Shown: positions 39,005-48,674 of the stretch, one piece after another
Numbering within the stretch: the first letter of the stretch is position 1
Layout of the letters: each line of letters opens with the position of its first letter
NCBI GenBank assembly: GCA_902491575.1
Contig: CABUID010000002.1
Span: 22,360-86,359 of the forward strand
Direction of reading: 5' to 3'
Length of the DNA: 64,000 nucleotides
Origin: an uncultured Bacillota bacterium
GTDB lineage: Bacteria > Bacillota_I > Bacilli_A > RFN20 > CAG-631
The notes under the pieces: model-generated
Seen by the model: the letters and a program-made list of their open reading frames with translations, nothing else
Databases searched by the model: none
What the model was told of the DNA's origin: nothing
Made by a program: the position numbers and the translations under genes

Positions 39005-41182
39005 CTAAAGATGAAGAACCCTTTCTTTTATTTCTTCTGTCCGTCCTTGATTCCAAAATTGAGTTCCAATATAGCCACAAGTACGTCTAGCGACATTTAA
39101 ACGGCTTTGATCTCTATTTTTACAATTTGGACATTCCCAAATGAGTTTTCCATCCTCATCTTTGACAATCATGATTTCGCCATCATATCCACAACATTGG
39201 CAATAATCACTTTTAGTATTTAATTCCGCATACATAATATTGTCATAAATATATTTCATGACCTCTAAAACTGCTTCAAGATTATTTTGCATATTTGGAA
39301 CTTCAATATAACTTATAGCTCCACCTGGAGATAAACGCTGAAATTGAGCTTCAAATTTTAATTTTTCAAAAGCATTGATGGGTTCAGTAACATGCACATG
39401 ATAACTATTTGTAATATAATTTTTATCCGTAACACCTTCGATAATACCAAATCGCTTTTTTAAACATTTTGAAAATTTATAAGTTGTACTTTCCAATGGT
39501 GTACCATAAAGAGAATAATCAATATGTTCACTTAATTTCCATTGATTAGTGTACTCATTTAATTTTTCCATTATCTTTAAACCAAATTCAGTGCCTTTAA
39601 TAGAAGTCATTTTTTCTTTCGTCATATAATATACAGTTTCCCATAAACCAGCATAACCTAAAGATAATGTAGAGTAGCCATTATAAAGAAGTTTATCAAT
39701 TTTTTCACCTTTTTTAAGACGTGCTATCGCTCCATATTGCCATAAAATAGGGGCTACATCACTCGTTGTTCCCTTTAAGCGTTGATGGCGAGCTTGTAAA
39801 GCAATATGACATAGTTCCATTCTTTCATCAAATATTTTCCAGAAAAGATCTATATTTCCTTTAGAAGAGCAAGCAATATCCACCAAATTAACTGTAACTA
39901 CGCCTTGATTAAAGCGACCATAATATTTTGGTTTACCATTTTCATCAAGATAAGGTGTTAAAAAGCTTCGACACCCCATACATGGATAACAGTTCCCGTT
40001 ACCCTTTTTATCAATTTTATATTCGAGCATTTTCTTTTCAGAAATATAATCTGGTACTAAACGTTTAGCTGAAACTTTTGCAGCAAGTTTAGTTAAATAC
40101 CAATATTTGCTATCTTCATGAATATTGTCTTCTTCTAATACATAAATTAATTTTGGGAAAGCAGGTGTATACCATACGCCTTGTTCATTTTTAACGCCTT
40201 GATATCTTTGGTTAAGGCATTCTTCGATGATTAAAGCTAAATCATTCTTAGTTTGTGGATCATTTACCTCATTTAAATACATGAAAACAGTTACAAAAGG
40301 GGCTTGTCCATTTGTTGTCATTAAAGTGACAACTTGATATTGTATCGTTTGTACACCTCTTTTAATTTCTTCTTTTAAACGCGATTCAACAACATGCTTT
40401 ATTTGTTCTTCACTCATGTGTAATTGTATTTCTTCGTTTTCTTTTAAAACTTCTTGAGTAATTTTTTCACGACTTATTTGCACAAAAGGAGCAAGATGAG
40501 ATAAAGAAATCGATTGACCACCATACTGACTAGAAGCAACTTGAGCAATAATTTGTGTGGCAATATTGCATGCTGTAGAAAAAGATTTTGGTTTTTCAAT
40601 CAATGTTCCAGAAATGACAGTACCATTTTGCAACATATCTTCTAGATTTACTAAATCGCAATTATGCATATGTTGAGCAAAATAATCTGCATCATGGAAA
40701 TGAATGATACCTTCTTCGTGAGCTTTTACAACTTCATCAGGTAGCAAAAATCTTTTTGTTATATCCTTACTCACTTCACCGGCCATATAGTCCCTTTGGA
40801 CAGAATTTACAATTGGATTTTTATTGGAATTTTCTTGTTTTACTTCTTCATTATTACATTCAATTAAAGATAATATTTGAGCATCTGTTGTGTTTTGCTT
40901 TCTTAATAATTCTCTACTATAACGATAAGTAATATAATTTCGGGCAATTTCAAAAGCTTGAATGGACATTAATTCATTTTCTACAAAATCTTGTATTTCT
41001 TCTACACTTAAAGATTGCTTTAAACTTTTACACTTTGTAGATACTTTACTCGCTATTTCGTCAATCATTTCTTTTGATAGTCTTTTTTCTGCTTCCACTG
41101 TATGGTTTGCTTTTGTAATTGCATTGATGATTTTTTTTATATCAAATCTAACTTCTTCTCCGCTTCTTTTTATAACTTTCAT
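39005..41182 (-). CDS. nrdD: anaerobic ribonucleoside-triphosphate reductase (class III RNR)
   Basis: N-terminal ATP-cone. C-terminal Zn ribbon CQCCGY..CPNC and glycyl-radical motif RRTCGYIG. Confidence 0.93.
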   Translation of the reverse strand: MKVIKRSGEEVRFDIKKIINAITKANHTVEAEKRLSKEMIDEIASKVSTKCKSLKQSLSVEEIQDFVENELMSIQAFEIARNYITYRYSRELLRKQNTTDAQILSLIECNNEEVKQENSNKNPIVNSVQRDYMAGEVSKDITKRFLLPDEVVKAHEEGIIHFHDADYFAQHMHNCDLVNLEDMLQNGTVISGTLIEKPKSFSTACNIATQIIAQVASSQYGGQSISLSHLAPFVQISREKITQEVLKENEEIQLHMSEEQIKHVVESRLKEEIKRGVQTIQYQVVTLMTTNGQAPFVTVFMYLNEVNDPQTKNDLALIIEECLNQRYQGVKNEQGVWYTPAFPKLIYVLEEDNIHEDSKYWYLTKLAAKVSAKRLVPDYISEKKMLEYKIDKKGNGNCYPCMGCRSFLTPYLDENGKPKYYGRFNQGVVTVNLVDIACSSKGNIDLFWKIFDERMELCHIALQARHQRLKGTTSDVAPILWQYGAIARLKKGEKIDKLLYNGYSTLSLGYAGLWETVYYMTKEKMTSIKGTEFGLKIMEKLNEYTNQWKLSEHIDYSLYGTPLESTTYKFSKCLKKRFGIIEGVTDKNYITNSYHVHVTEPINAFEKLKFEAQFQRLSPGGAISYIEVPNMQNNLEAVLEVMKYIYDNIMYAELNTKSDYCQCCGYDGEIMIVKDEDGKLIWECPNCKNRDQSRLNVARRTCGYIGTQFWNQGRTEEIKERVLHL

Positions 41183-41510
41183 ATGCCTACTCCCTTTACA
41201 TCTTCTTATTTATTGTTTTATTATTTTTACTATACATACTAGAAAAATGGTACAACAAAAAAAGCCAATTCCTAAAATCCTTTAAAATAGAAGGTTTATT
41301 TTTGACGTGTTGTGCATAATCCATTTATCTTATATGCATATTAAAATAATATCATAAAAAGGGAATAAAAAAAATAAAAATTTTAAAAAAATTTTATAGC
41401 AACATTTTTGATTTTTTTGTCCATTATTTTTTAATAAAAAATCATTTCATTCATCAAAATGAAAAACAATATAAAAACAACGTTTTCATATGGTTAATGA
41501 TAAAAAATAA

Positions 41511-41519
41511 TGCTAAAAT
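41511..41519 (+). promoter_or_regulatory. extended -10 (TGCTAAAAT) upstream of the helicase-kinase operon
   Basis: TGnTAnAAT about 27 nt before ATG 41546. AGGAG SD at 41531-41535. Confidence 0.4.
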
Positions 41520-41545
41520 AAAAATAATATAGGAGTTGATAATCA

Positions 41546-44500
41546 ATGGCAAACATTCAAGAAAAGTTCGAAATTTGGTGCAAAAAGCTTTATGATATTT
41601 CAAAAAGAAATTATATGATGAATTTTACAGGGCAACATAATCGTTCTTTATTGCTTAACCAACCAGATATGTTTCAGTTGTATCGTCTTTTAGTATTAGA
41701 AGACAAATCCCTCTCCTTTAAAAGAAATATTACCAGAGAAAATAATTTTAATGTATTTGCTATTGAAACTTTAATACAAGCTTTAGGAAGTGATTTTTCA
41801 TTTAAAGAGGGTGATATTGACACGACTACCTTTAAAGATAAAAATTCCTATGATGTTTTAAGAAATATCAAAAGAGTTGCAAATGAATTTAAAATGGAAC
41901 AAGGAATAGATGTAATGTATATTACCTTTGCTTATCTTCGTTGGCAACCTCCTTTTAGTAATGAATATTATAAAACACCTTTAATCAATGTTCCTGTAGT
42001 TTTAGAACAAGAAAATATGAATGCTTTATATAGTGTTTCACGAATTGGAGATCCAGAAATAAATCCGATTTTAAAATATATGCTGGAACAACAAGGCATC
42101 TTTTTGCCAGAAATGAATGAATTATCTTTAGAAGAATATTTAACAAATTTAGAAAAATTAGTTAATGAAAACGGATGGGAAATTCTTCAAGAAGCGACTT
42201 TATGTATTTTATTTTTTCAAAAAATGGTTATGTTTAAAGACTTACAAACTAATCAACAAAGAATTTTTAATCATCCTATTTTAAAGGCTTTTTGCGATGA
42301 AACTTTATTCGATATGTCAGAAGATGATTTGGATTTTGATCATGACCATGAAAATGAAAAAGATCGATTAATTGTTGTCCAGGCAGATTCTAGCCAAATG
42401 GATGCTATTTCTTTAGCAAAAAAAGGAAAATCTTTTGTATTACAAGGGCCTCCAGGTACTGGAAAATCGCAAACAATTACCAATATTATTGCTCAAGCGA
42501 TTGGAAATGGTCAAAAAGTATTATTTGTTTCCCAAAAAACAGCAGCTTTGGAAGTTGTTTACAATAAATTAAAAAATGTAGGCTTAGATGAATTTTGTTT
42601 ACCTCTTCATAATCATAAAATAAATAAAACAAAAATTGTCAATCAAATTTACCATCCTTATTTATTGAAAAAAACGATGGTGAAACAAGAAAAATTAAAT
42701 GAACTAGACCGTTTACAAACTTTAAAAGTTGAAATTAATCAATATGCACAAAATATAGCTCAAAAAGTATATCATTTAGATATGTCTTTTCTTGATATGA
42801 TAAACAGCTATTATGAAGTTTGTGATGTAGAAGATGGCGATTTTGATATTTTAAATTGGGCGACCATTACACAAAATCAATTGAATGAAACGTTAACGAC
42901 CATTAAAATGTTTGAAGAGCAATACCAAAACTATCAACAAGAAAATCACCCTTGTTTTGATGATTGCTTAATTGTTTCTTTAACATTACTTGAAAAAGAA
43001 AATCTTGAAAAAAAATTATTAAAAACAAAAGAAAATATTCAAAGTGTAATCACTTTATTAGATAGTATTAATTTTTATATTGCTGATTTTCAAATTGCCT
43101 TTAAAGATTCATGGCAAGCAATAAAAGATTTACAAATGGTCATTGAAAAGAATAGGAATAATTTTAATTTTTTACAAAATCATGATGGTAAAAAAATAGT
43201 TCTTTTACTTGAACAAATTCAAAATAAAAAGAATCTTTTACAAGAAAATGAAAGATATTTAAAAAAGATTTTTAAAGAAGAAATATTGACTTTAGATTTA
43301 AAAGAAATTGCACTTCCAATACAAGAAAATTTACAACTTGTCAATCAATCTGTTTTATTTTTTAAAAATCAAAGTCATGAATATATTTTTACGCATTTAA
43401 TGGATTATCAAGATGCTTTAGAAAGGCATATTCGTTATCAAAAAGAAATTTCTGATGCAAAATCTACATTAAAAAGGATGTTAAATCTAACGACGGATGA
43501 ATTTGAAAATTTAAATTATTATGAACTATGGGAAGAATTAAATAACAATTCTTATGATTTAACTTTTATTGATATCGTATATAAAGATTATGAAACCATA
43601 AAAAAGCAATTGATGCAAGTGAATCATACGCAACAAGAAATAAAAGATATCCAAGATTTAATTCGTTCATATGCTATACTTTCTATTTTAAACATCGATA
43701 AAGATGCTCTATTAAATTATCAATTTATCATCAATAATACAGAAAATTCTTTTACATTGCTTTTTAATTCTGCTAAAAGAGAATTGCGAAAAGATGTTTT
43801 TAATACCCTTAGTGTATATTTAAAAGAAAATGTAAAGGTTAATCAAGAAAACATAGAAAAAGTTTTAAATTTATTAGTGAAGTATCACCAATTAAAAGAA
43901 CAAATGGACAATGAACTTACTTCTTTAAACGATCAAATTTTAGAAGGCAAGGAATTTACAATTGATATGGATTTTGCCAATCTATTAAAAGAATTCGAAA
44001 AAATACATCATATTTTCAATTTATTACCCAATATTCAATTAGAAACATTAAAAAATATTTTAAGTTTTGCAAGTAAAGAAATCATTAAAGAGCAAATTCA
44101 TATTTATATCGAAGCAAAAGCTCAATTATTTAATAATGATAAAAAATATTCTATTTTCGTTTCTAATCAAAATCTTGAAGAAAACGTAGAATATCTTCAC
44201 CGTCTTACTCAATCTCTTCAAAAACTATCTTGTTATCTTACCAATTCATTTGAAATGAATCATTTAGATGAGTATTTAAAGAGGATGATGGTGTATCAGG
44301 AAACGAAAGAAGAATATGAAAAAAATGGCAAATTGTTATCTTCTATTTGTCCAGACTCTACCCTTTATCATCAATTTATGGAGCAAAATGAAAATATTCG
44401 TTTTTTCTTTGCCTTTTGTGAAAAATATTCTATACAAGAACGTTCTTTCTTTCAATTAAATGAATCTCACTTTCATGAAATTACAGAAAGTATTCAACAT

Positions 44501-46987
44501 TTTTTAAAACGATATCCAAGTGCAATGGAAAGTTATACTTATTTTCTTTCTTTATTTAATGAAAATAAGCATATTGAACTTTATAATAATGATGAATTAT
44601 TACAACTCATTGATGATTGTAGCCAAAATGTTTCTGCATTGAAAAATAAGATATTTTTTCAAAAATCGATGAGGGATTATGAAAATAATGAAGAGTTATC
44701 CGATTTTATTCAATATTGTTTACATCATACTATAAATGAAAAATTGACGTCAGTATATCTTAAAAAATTTTATTTAAAAACGTTACAAAATTTTATTTAT
44801 GATAATGATTATCTTGAAAATACGAGTAAAGCAAAATTATTATCAAAAATCGATGAATTTACTTTGCTATGTAAAGAACAGCTTGAAATTAATAAAGCAA
44901 AGATACGGAGCACTTGTTTAGAAAACATTCCACCATTAAAAACCAATTTGGCCAGCAGTGATGAAAGAAATTATTTGCTTCGTGAATATAAAAGAAGTAG
45001 AAAGAGACCGATTCGTCAATTATTTGACCATATTCCTCACCTTCTTTTAAATTTAAAACCATGTTTAATGATGTCTCCTTTAACGGTTAGTAATTATTTA
45101 GAAAATGACAACTATCAATTTGATTTAGTCGTATTCGATGAAGCTTCGCAAATTCGTCCTGAAGAAGCAATTGGCTCTATTTACCGAGCAAAACAAATTA
45201 TCATTGCTGGAGATAGTCGACAACTTCCACCAACCAGTTTCTTTTCTAAAAGAATGGAAGAAGATATTGAAATGGATGAAGAGGAATATGAATTGGAAGA
45301 TTTGGATGAATCGATTTTAGAATATGCTGCTCGTAAATTACCTTCGATTACCTTATTATGGCATTATCGTAGCAAAAACGAAAGTTTAATTGCTTTTTCT
45401 AATCATTATATTTATGAAAATAATTTAATTACATTACCTAGTGTAAAACAACCTAGTAAAGATTTTGGAATGGAATACATTTATGTACAAGGAATTTATT
45501 CGAAAAAGAAAAAATTAGCCAATAGTATTGAAGCAGAAAGAGTGGTAGAGTTAATTGAAGAACATATATTAAAATATGGAACTTCTCGATCTTTAGGTGT
45601 TATTGCTTTTGGAGAAAGACAAAAATATACGATTGATAAAGCAATTTTAGAATTTAGAAAAAATCATTTGCAAAACGAGCAATACGAAGCATTTTTTTCT
45701 GGAGACTTAAAAGAGCCATTTTTTGTAAAAAATATTGAAAATGTACAAGGTGATGAAAGAGATACGATTATCTTTTCGATTGGGTATGGAAAAGATGAAA
45801 ATGGTGTTTTCCGTTATCATTTTGGACCTTTACAACAAGCAGGAGGAGAACGTCGTTTAAATGTAGCCATTAGCCGTGCTAAATATAATTTAAAAGTAGT
45901 TGCTTCTTTTTACCCAGAAGAAATTGATTTATCTAGAATTGAATCCGAGGGCGTTAAATTATTAAAAAAATATCTTGAATTTGCTTGTCAAGCCTCATCA
46001 CTTGATTTTTTACCATGTCAAAAAGAAGAAAACGAAGGATTAAAAGACAAAATAGCTTCATTTTTGAAAAAACATGATTATGATGTTGTATTTAATTATG
46101 GCTATTCTTCTTTTAAAATTGATCTTGCTGTTTTTGAAAAACAAAATCATCAACAGTTTATTTGCGGAATATTACTCGACGGAAAACGTTATGTTCAAGA
46201 AAAAACTTGTAGGGATCGTGAATTCATTAAAAATGAAATGTTAAAAGAAAATGATTGGAGAATTTATCGAATTTTTTCAAAGTTTTATTTAGAAAATGAA
46301 GAAATGGAAAATCAAGCCTTATTACAATTCATTCAATCAAAAGCACTAAATGAAGAAGCTCATACTTTTAGTGAATCCTATGTGATTGAACTAGAAGAAA
46401 CTAATGAAAAAAAGAATGATTATGGATTTGAAATTTATCATTTATTTGATTTTAACCAATATAAAAAAGAGCCATTAAGTTTTTTAGGTTTTTCTTTAGC
46501 TATGATCAATGAAAAATTAATTGAAGCTGTTTTACAAGATATGGGAGTTATGCATATTCATGATTTATCCCTTCAAATAGCCAATGCCTATAAAATTAAT
46601 GAATATCGTGTACAAAACCGTATCTTAAAAATCATTGAAAGTGAAAAATTTGAAAAAGATAGATTTTTTATTTATTTAAAAGGTAGTAATCTTCATAAAG
46701 TAAGACAAGTTCAAGGCCAAGACAAACGTTTATTAGAATATATTTATCCACAAGAAATTCATGAATGTTTACGGGTTATATTAAAAAATAATATGGGACT
46801 TGATCGAGATGGACTGATTCGTGAGGCAATGATGATTTTTGGTCAAAAAATCAAATCTTCAAAAGTAACGGATTTCTTTAATAAATATATTAATCGTTTA
46901 TTGAATGAAAAAGAAATTATAGAAATCGATGGCATGTTATCTATTGCTGGAACAGGAGGTGAAAATGATGAATCAAGAAGAAAATAA
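41546..46987 (+). CDS. 1813-aa SF1 (Upf1/Dna2-like) helicase: DUF4011-like N-terminus, helicase core split by a ~770-aa coiled-coil insert, C-terminal PD-(D/E)xK-like (DUF559/MTES_1575-type) module and DUF3320-like tail
   Basis: Walker A GPPGTGKSQT (nt ~42446). Other helicase motifs: VVFDEASQI, IAGDSRQLPPT, VQGDERDTIIFS, RRLNVAISRAK. Nuclease-like strings KIDLAV...LLDGKRY...DWRIYRI. Confidence 0.8.
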   Translation: MANIQEKFEIWCKKLYDISKRNYMMNFTGQHNRSLLLNQPDMFQLYRLLVLEDKSLSFKRNITRENNFNVFAIETLIQALGSDFSFKEGDIDTTTFKDKNSYDVLRNIKRVANEFKMEQGIDVMYITFAYLRWQPPFSNEYYKTPLINVPVVLEQENMNALYSVSRIGDPEINPILKYMLEQQGIFLPEMNELSLEEYLTNLEKLVNENGWEILQEATLCILFFQKMVMFKDLQTNQQRIFNHPILKAFCDETLFDMSEDDLDFDHDHENEKDRLIVVQADSSQMDAISLAKKGKSFVLQGPPGTGKSQTITNIIAQAIGNGQKVLFVSQKTAALEVVYNKLKNVGLDEFCLPLHNHKINKTKIVNQIYHPYLLKKTMVKQEKLNELDRLQTLKVEINQYAQNIAQKVYHLDMSFLDMINSYYEVCDVEDGDFDILNWATITQNQLNETLTTIKMFEEQYQNYQQENHPCFDDCLIVSLTLLEKENLEKKLLKTKENIQSVITLLDSINFYIADFQIAFKDSWQAIKDLQMVIEKNRNNFNFLQNHDGKKIVLLLEQIQNKKNLLQENERYLKKIFKEEILTLDLKEIALPIQENLQLVNQSVLFFKNQSHEYIFTHLMDYQDALERHIRYQKEISDAKSTLKRMLNLTTDEFENLNYYELWEELNNNSYDLTFIDIVYKDYETIKKQLMQVNHTQQEIKDIQDLIRSYAILSILNIDKDALLNYQFIINNTENSFTLLFNSAKRELRKDVFNTLSVYLKENVKVNQENIEKVLNLLVKYHQLKEQMDNELTSLNDQILEGKEFTIDMDFANLLKEFEKIHHIFNLLPNIQLETLKNILSFASKEIIKEQIHIYIEAKAQLFNNDKKYSIFVSNQNLEENVEYLHRLTQSLQKLSCYLTNSFEMNHLDEYLKRMMVYQETKEEYEKNGKLLSSICPDSTLYHQFMEQNENIRFFFAFCEKYSIQERSFFQLNESHFHEITESIQHFLKRYPSAMESYTYFLSLFNENKHIELYNNDELLQLIDDCSQNVSALKNKIFFQKSMRDYENNEELSDFIQYCLHHTINEKLTSVYLKKFYLKTLQNFIYDNDYLENTSKAKLLSKIDEFTLLCKEQLEINKAKIRSTCLENIPPLKTNLASSDERNYLLREYKRSRKRPIRQLFDHIPHLLLNLKPCLMMSPLTVSNYLENDNYQFDLVVFDEASQIRPEEAIGSIYRAKQIIIAGDSRQLPPTSFFSKRMEEDIEMDEEEYELEDLDESILEYAARKLPSITLLWHYRSKNESLIAFSNHYIYENNLITLPSVKQPSKDFGMEYIYVQGIYSKKKKLANSIEAERVVELIEEHILKYGTSRSLGVIAFGERQKYTIDKAILEFRKNHLQNEQYEAFFSGDLKEPFFVKNIENVQGDERDTIIFSIGYGKDENGVFRYHFGPLQQAGGERRLNVAISRAKYNLKVVASFYPEEIDLSRIESEGVKLLKKYLEFACQASSLDFLPCQKEENEGLKDKIASFLKKHDYDVVFNYGYSSFKIDLAVFEKQNHQQFICGILLDGKRYVQEKTCRDREFIKNEMLKENDWRIYRIFSKFYLENEEMENQALLQFIQSKALNEEAHTFSESYVIELEETNEKKNDYGFEIYHLFDFNQYKKEPLSFLGFSLAMINEKLIEAVLQDMGVMHIHDLSLQIANAYKINEYRVQNRILKIIESEKFEKDRFFIYLKGSNLHKVRQVQGQDKRLLEYIYPQEIHECLRVILKNNMGLDRDGLIREAMMIFGQKIKSSKVTDFFNKYINRLLNEKEIIEIDGMLSIAGTGGENDESRRK

Positions 46988-48674
46988 AATTACGATGCTA
47001 AATCCCTTTTTATCATTTAGCGAAGAGACAGTGAAAAATGATCCTGTAAATACAATTTCTTTCATTGAAATACAGCCAAATCAAATTCTTAATCAACGTT
47101 ATCATATTCTTCAGCAACTGAATGTTCGTTCTGGAGAAGCGTTATTATACACTTGTCAATATCAAAATGAATTTTATATTGCCAAAGTTTTTCATCCTGA
47201 AAATAAAATTGAAGAAGAAGTTTTAAAAATTCTTCAACGGATAGATTCAAAATTTATTGAAAAGGTCATCGATTATTTTTATTTAGAAGATGGTCGGTTT
47301 GTTGAAATTACACCTTATTATCATCAAGGATCTTTAGATAATAAGAAAATGAGTGTTCAAGCATTAAAAGAAATAGTGATTCCTTCTTTAAATGAAGCTT
47401 TACATATTTTACACGAAAATGGTTTGATTCATATGGATATTAAGCCTGCTAATTTAATGATGAGTAACGACTTAAGTCATATTATTTTGATTGATTTTGG
47501 CTCGGCAATAAAAGTACGTAATCATCAAGAAATTGTGGTGACAAATCACTCCTTTACGCCTGTATATAGTGCAATCGAAACAATAACATCGAATCAATGT
47601 TCGATTTATTCCGATTATTATTCAATGGGAATTACATTATATGAATTACTATTAGGTCATACCCCTTTTAATGATTTAGATAAAGAGCAAATCGTTCGTT
47701 TTATGCAAACCAATCGAATCGCTTTTGATGATCATACGAATTTAGAAATGAAAGATTTAATTTTAGGGTTAACTTACCGAGATATCGCGAATCGTAATGA
47801 TTATCAAAATGTCAATAATCGTTGGAGTTATCAGCAAGTGAAAGATTGGTTAGAAGGTAAAACTTTGATTGTTCCTGGAGAAGGGATTTTAAGCAACACA
47901 AATATGATTCCTTTTGTTATAAATGGACAATACTATACAGAAGTAGATCGTTTAATAGAAGCTTTAGCGCTTTCTTGGAAAGATGGAATTCGCTATTTAA
48001 GTGACAAACATTTATCGAATCATTTTAAAAATATTAATCATCATTATTATGAAATTACGATTGAATTTGAAAGTCATTTTTTTACTCAAAAGGGTAAAAT
48101 CGATAAAGATAAAGAATTTTTTACCTACATTTATACATTATTACCGAAACTCAATAAGTTTTATTTTAAAGGTTTAGTTTATGAGTCTATTCAAGATGTA
48201 GGATTCACCTTGTTTGATTTACTCGATAATAAGAAAACAAAAGATAATGATTTTGATATTTACGAGCAAATGTTAAAAAGCGAAATTCTATCTACTTATT
48301 GTCAATTAAAATCCATAGAAGACGAAAGTCTACTTCAACTCATTCATAATTTGGAATTATCGAGCAAAATAAACTTTACCACAGCTAGAAATAAGACACA
48401 AATATTGTATGCTTTAAGTTATGTTTTAACAGGTCAAAAAGAATATATTTTAGATGATAAAGTTTTTAAAGATAAAGATGATTTCATCGATTATATCCAT
48501 GAAATTTATAATAAATCTTTTAATGATTTAAATCAACTTTGTAAACGTTTAATGCCAAGAAGATTATTGGATGTTAAACTTGAAGCTTGGCTTTGTTCTT
48601 TAGGTTATCTTGATGCAATTACGCTTTTTAAGCAAAAAATTAATGCTACATCACAAGAGGAGGAAATCGAATGA
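46965..48674 (+). CDS. Hanks-type Ser/Thr protein kinase (non-RD) with ~290-aa uncharacterised C-terminal domain
   Basis: AGGAGG 5 nt upstream of ATG 46965. Kinase motifs: YIAKVF (catalytic Lys), HMDIKPANLM, DFGSA, DYYSMGITLYELL. The start overlaps the helicase stop by 23 nt. Confidence 0.8.
   Translation: MMNQEENKITMLNPFLSFSEETVKNDPVNTISFIEIQPNQILNQRYHILQQLNVRSGEALLYTCQYQNEFYIAKVFHPENKIEEEVLKILQRIDSKFIEKVIDYFYLEDGRFVEITPYYHQGSLDNKKMSVQALKEIVIPSLNEALHILHENGLIHMDIKPANLMMSNDLSHIILIDFGSAIKVRNHQEIVVTNHSFTPVYSAIETITSNQCSIYSDYYSMGITLYELLLGHTPFNDLDKEQIVRFMQTNRIAFDDHTNLEMKDLILGLTYRDIANRNDYQNVNNRWSYQQVKDWLEGKTLIVPGEGILSNTNMIPFVINGQYYTEVDRLIEALALSWKDGIRYLSDKHLSNHFKNINHHYYEITIEFESHFFTQKGKIDKDKEFFTYIYTLLPKLNKFYFKGLVYESIQDVGFTLFDLLDNKKTKDNDFDIYEQMLKSEILSTYCQLKSIEDESLLQLIHNLELSSKINFTTARNKTQILYALSYVLTGQKEYILDDKVFKDKDDFIDYIHEIYNKSFNDLNQLCKRLMPRRLLDVKLEAWLCSLGYLDAITLFKQKINATSQEEEIE

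Noticed and set aside
40962-41285. 107-aa plus-strand ORF spanning the nrdD 5' end and its promoter region.
   Set aside because: It is antisense to the nrdD ATP-cone coding region, has no SD, and has a Ile/Leu/Phe/Ser-rich chance composition.
41183-41545. NrdR boxes or a cobalamin riboswitch in the nrdD / helicase-operon divergent region.
   Set aside because: I could not find a convincing 16-bp acaCwAtATaTwGtgt-type palindrome pair, nor any B12-box. The weak inverted repeat ATGCATA..TATGCAT (about 41324-41350) is too AT-rich to interpret. Proper PWM and Rfam scans would be needed.
46929-46964. Upstream in-frame ATG (46929) for the kinase. Likewise ATG 50600 for the radical-SAM gene, GTG 974 for dusB, TTG 19299 for lysS, TTG 22415 for miaB, GTG 30492 for tldD, GTG 13884 for the coiled-coil permease, ATG 56163 for the spermidine-synthase-like gene, and ATG 55174 / 55505 for the two minus-strand genes.
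   Set aside because: Downstream starts have correctly spaced SD sequences and give N-termini that match family expectations (e.g. MYVARLL.. for NrdG-like, MKKK signal peptides). The longer versions add residues overlapping upstream genes or hairpins. The starts remain predictions.
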